Positions 61,828 to 64,000 of a stretch of DNA of 64,000 nucleotides are shown here, one piece after another. The first letter of the stretch is position 1. Every line of letters begins with the position of its first letter. Both the position numbers and the translations under genes were made by a program. The notes under the pieces are model-generated. The model saw only the letters and a program-made list of their open reading frames with translations. It ran no database searches and had not been told where the DNA came from. The stretch spans positions 14,260,001 to 14,324,000 of the forward strand of contig OZ024756.1 of assembly GCA_964016885.1 (NCBI GenBank), in the 5' to 3' direction. This DNA comes from Eledone cirrhosa (Eukaryota).

Positions 61828-61859
<32 letters not shown>

Positions 61860-62042
61860 AATATATATATATAAATATATATCTATTGTTATACTCATAT
61901 CAAAAATCTCGCAAAACTAATATATATATATATATATACAAATAAATATATATATATAAATAAATATATATATATAAATAAATATATATATATATATATA
62001 TACAAATAAATATATATATATAAATAAATATATATATATATA

Positions 62043-62390
62043 AATCAAGAAAGAAGAGTGACATGGTTTGCTATACAATAAGGGCTTTATTCACCTTGCT
62101 GACAATTGTTTCTCTGAACTGGTAGGTCTAGAGATCGCTACCCGCCTGTTTTTGCGTCAATCGAAGCCATTATTGTATAGCAAACCATGTCACTCTTCTT
62201 TCTTGATTTATTATTACTCCAAGTGTAAACTACATAGAAATCACCGCGTACTCGCAGCGTAGTCGCAGCATCACTATGGAAACGTCTTGTTGAGTCAAAC
62301 TTAGCCAAGCGTTGGTACTATCCACTACTCGGAGTACCCTAACTGGACTTCATCTAAGTGGACTACCTATAATAATAATTTGTTATCCCG
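62043..62390. mobile_element. Family L asymmetric inverted element
   Basis: 36-bp arms 62043-62080 and 62171-62209 plus a long tail. Confidence 0.7.
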
Positions 62391-62391
62391 T

Positions 62392-62529
<138 letters not shown>

Positions 62530-62635
62530 AATGGATTTTAAGCCAATCATTTGTGAAATATACGTAACTGGTCGGTAATCAATAAAAGCATTCATGTGAA
62601 ACTTTATATTTATATATATCAACTAGAAATCGATT

Positions 62636-62670
<35 letters not shown>

Positions 62671-62676
<6 letters not shown>

Positions 62677-62924
62677 AAGAACACAAGAGCGTCTACAACA
62701 TCAAAAGATTTTTATTGGCTAACAATGTTTCTTCCTTACGTGTAACCGTAAGATTCGTCAGAGCTATAAAAGGGGTTTGATTGGTGTTAAATCTTTTGAT
62801 GTTGTAGACGCTCTTGTGTTCTTTTTCATATATACGGCTCTGCTCCAAAGCATAGAGCTAATTATTATGCTGCCAATACCTTAATGGGACACGGGTATAT
62901 AATACCTAACTCCTATTAACCTAA

Positions 62925-62930
<6 letters not shown>
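62671..62930. mobile_element. Family I asymmetric inverted element
   Basis: 41-bp arms 62671-62711 and 62789-62829, with a hammerhead-like motif in the spacer. Confidence 0.7.
62717..62765 (-). ncRNA. Hammerhead-like motif (family I)
   Basis: AGCU-CUGACGA-A-UCUUACG GUUACA CGUAAGGA-A-GAAACAUUGUU-AGCC, then AAUAAA. Confidence 0.55.
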
Positions 62931-63007
<77 letters not shown>

Positions 63008-63125
63008 AAATAAACATATGAAACAATCACAGGGAATAATTCTGCAGTGGATATGGCGCATGTCGCTCTGACATGACACCCTGAATTTAATTTTGGATAT
63101 ATATATATATTCATATATATATATA

Positions 63126-63470
63126 CAGTTGTCCCCCGGTATTCGCTAGGGTTACGTTCCTAGAGCACCCGCGAAGAATGAAAAAACCGCGTGGTCCATA
63201 AAAATGCCTATAAACGTCAAAATATAACGTAAAATATAATTTTTAAAATGGCGAGAGTCTCATGCGAAGAGGAGTCGGCTGGCAAATATAGTATATTGTT
63301 AATAATTTAACGTTACAAAAATATATATTGCCACGGAGAAATCCATAAAAATAATCACAGAAGATATTTACAATTCCGCGAATATGCGGTGGTTCCCACG
63401 AACAATTATTAGTTATGTTCTAAGGAAAATTCCGCAAATAACCGGTACCACGAATGCCGGGGGTACACTG
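63126..63470. mobile_element. Tc1/mariner (pogo/Tigger-like) MITE
   Basis: Imperfect TIRs cagttgtcccccggtattcg / cgaatgccgggggtacactg flanked by TA; no ORF. Confidence 0.75.
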
Positions 63471-63476
63471 TATGTG

Positions 63477-63514
<38 letters not shown>

Positions 63515-63572
63515 TCCGTTGGTCTTTCCAATTGCTAATACTATCTATCGGTCGCAACTCCAGGTAGAAGAA

Positions 63573-63691
63573 GCAACGTGAAATAAAGTGTCTTGCTCAA
63601 GGACATAACGCATCGCCTGGTCCAGGAATCGAACTCACAACCCTTACGATTTTGAATCCAATTCTCTAACCACTCAGCCACACGCCTTCAC
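63573..63691 (-). mobile_element. Second tRNA-derived SINE family (CORE/V-like central motif), 5' part
   Basis: Minus strand: TGGCTGAGTGG box A, GTTCGATTCC box B, then tgtccttgagcaagacactt. Confidence 0.7.
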
Positions 63692-64000
63692 TATATATAT
63701 ATATATACATATTTATACGATAAGAAATATCTATATTTATCGTTTTATGTAGCTATAAGCTGCGATATCTCTTTTAAACTGTGGAACGGAGAACAGTATG
63801 ATAAGCGGAGTTTGATGAGTGCTAACAAAGTCAAGAATCCTTCGTTAGTGCTGATAGTCAGTTAGGCGCTCCTCTGTGAATATTTGGAATAAATATACTT
63901 CCAAGATATATTTCCCTTTTGATATCAAACCACCACATGTCGCTCCCAGATTCTACGATATAAAGCAATTTATTTTAAGCGTTTATATTTAACTAAAAAC

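Overview
Eukaryotic, extremely AT-rich and microsatellite-rich genomic DNA. The repeat repertoire (tRNA-derived SINEs with a Meta-like core, an RTE LINE with a (GAT)n tail, huge (TA)n/(CA)n fields) suggests an octopod cephalopod, which is an inference. Almost all ORFs in the track are microsatellite or minisatellite artefacts. Real content: one apparently intact RTE-clade LINE (ORF 35471-38725: APE endonuclease, RT and an embedded PHD-like Zn finger), a decayed Penelope-like element (RT + GIY-YIG), RTE and CR1-group fragments, about 18 copies of a tRNA-SINE, five bipartite RTE-derived non-autonomous elements, a Tc1/pogo-type MITE, two large minisatellites and two phase-compatible exons of an unidentified + strand host gene. 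The most striking feature is at least a dozen sequence-unrelated families of short (150-700 bp) asymmetric palindromes inserted into (TA)n. Many carry type I hammerhead ribozyme motifs. In about 11 families the tail-less arm ends 2-7 nt before a shared NCTC...GAGN' hairpin that covaries between families. These look like inverted pLTR products of TA-targeting Penelope-like elements with a conserved, possibly undescribed, cis signal. Coordinates were read by eye and repeat boundaries may be off by a few bases.
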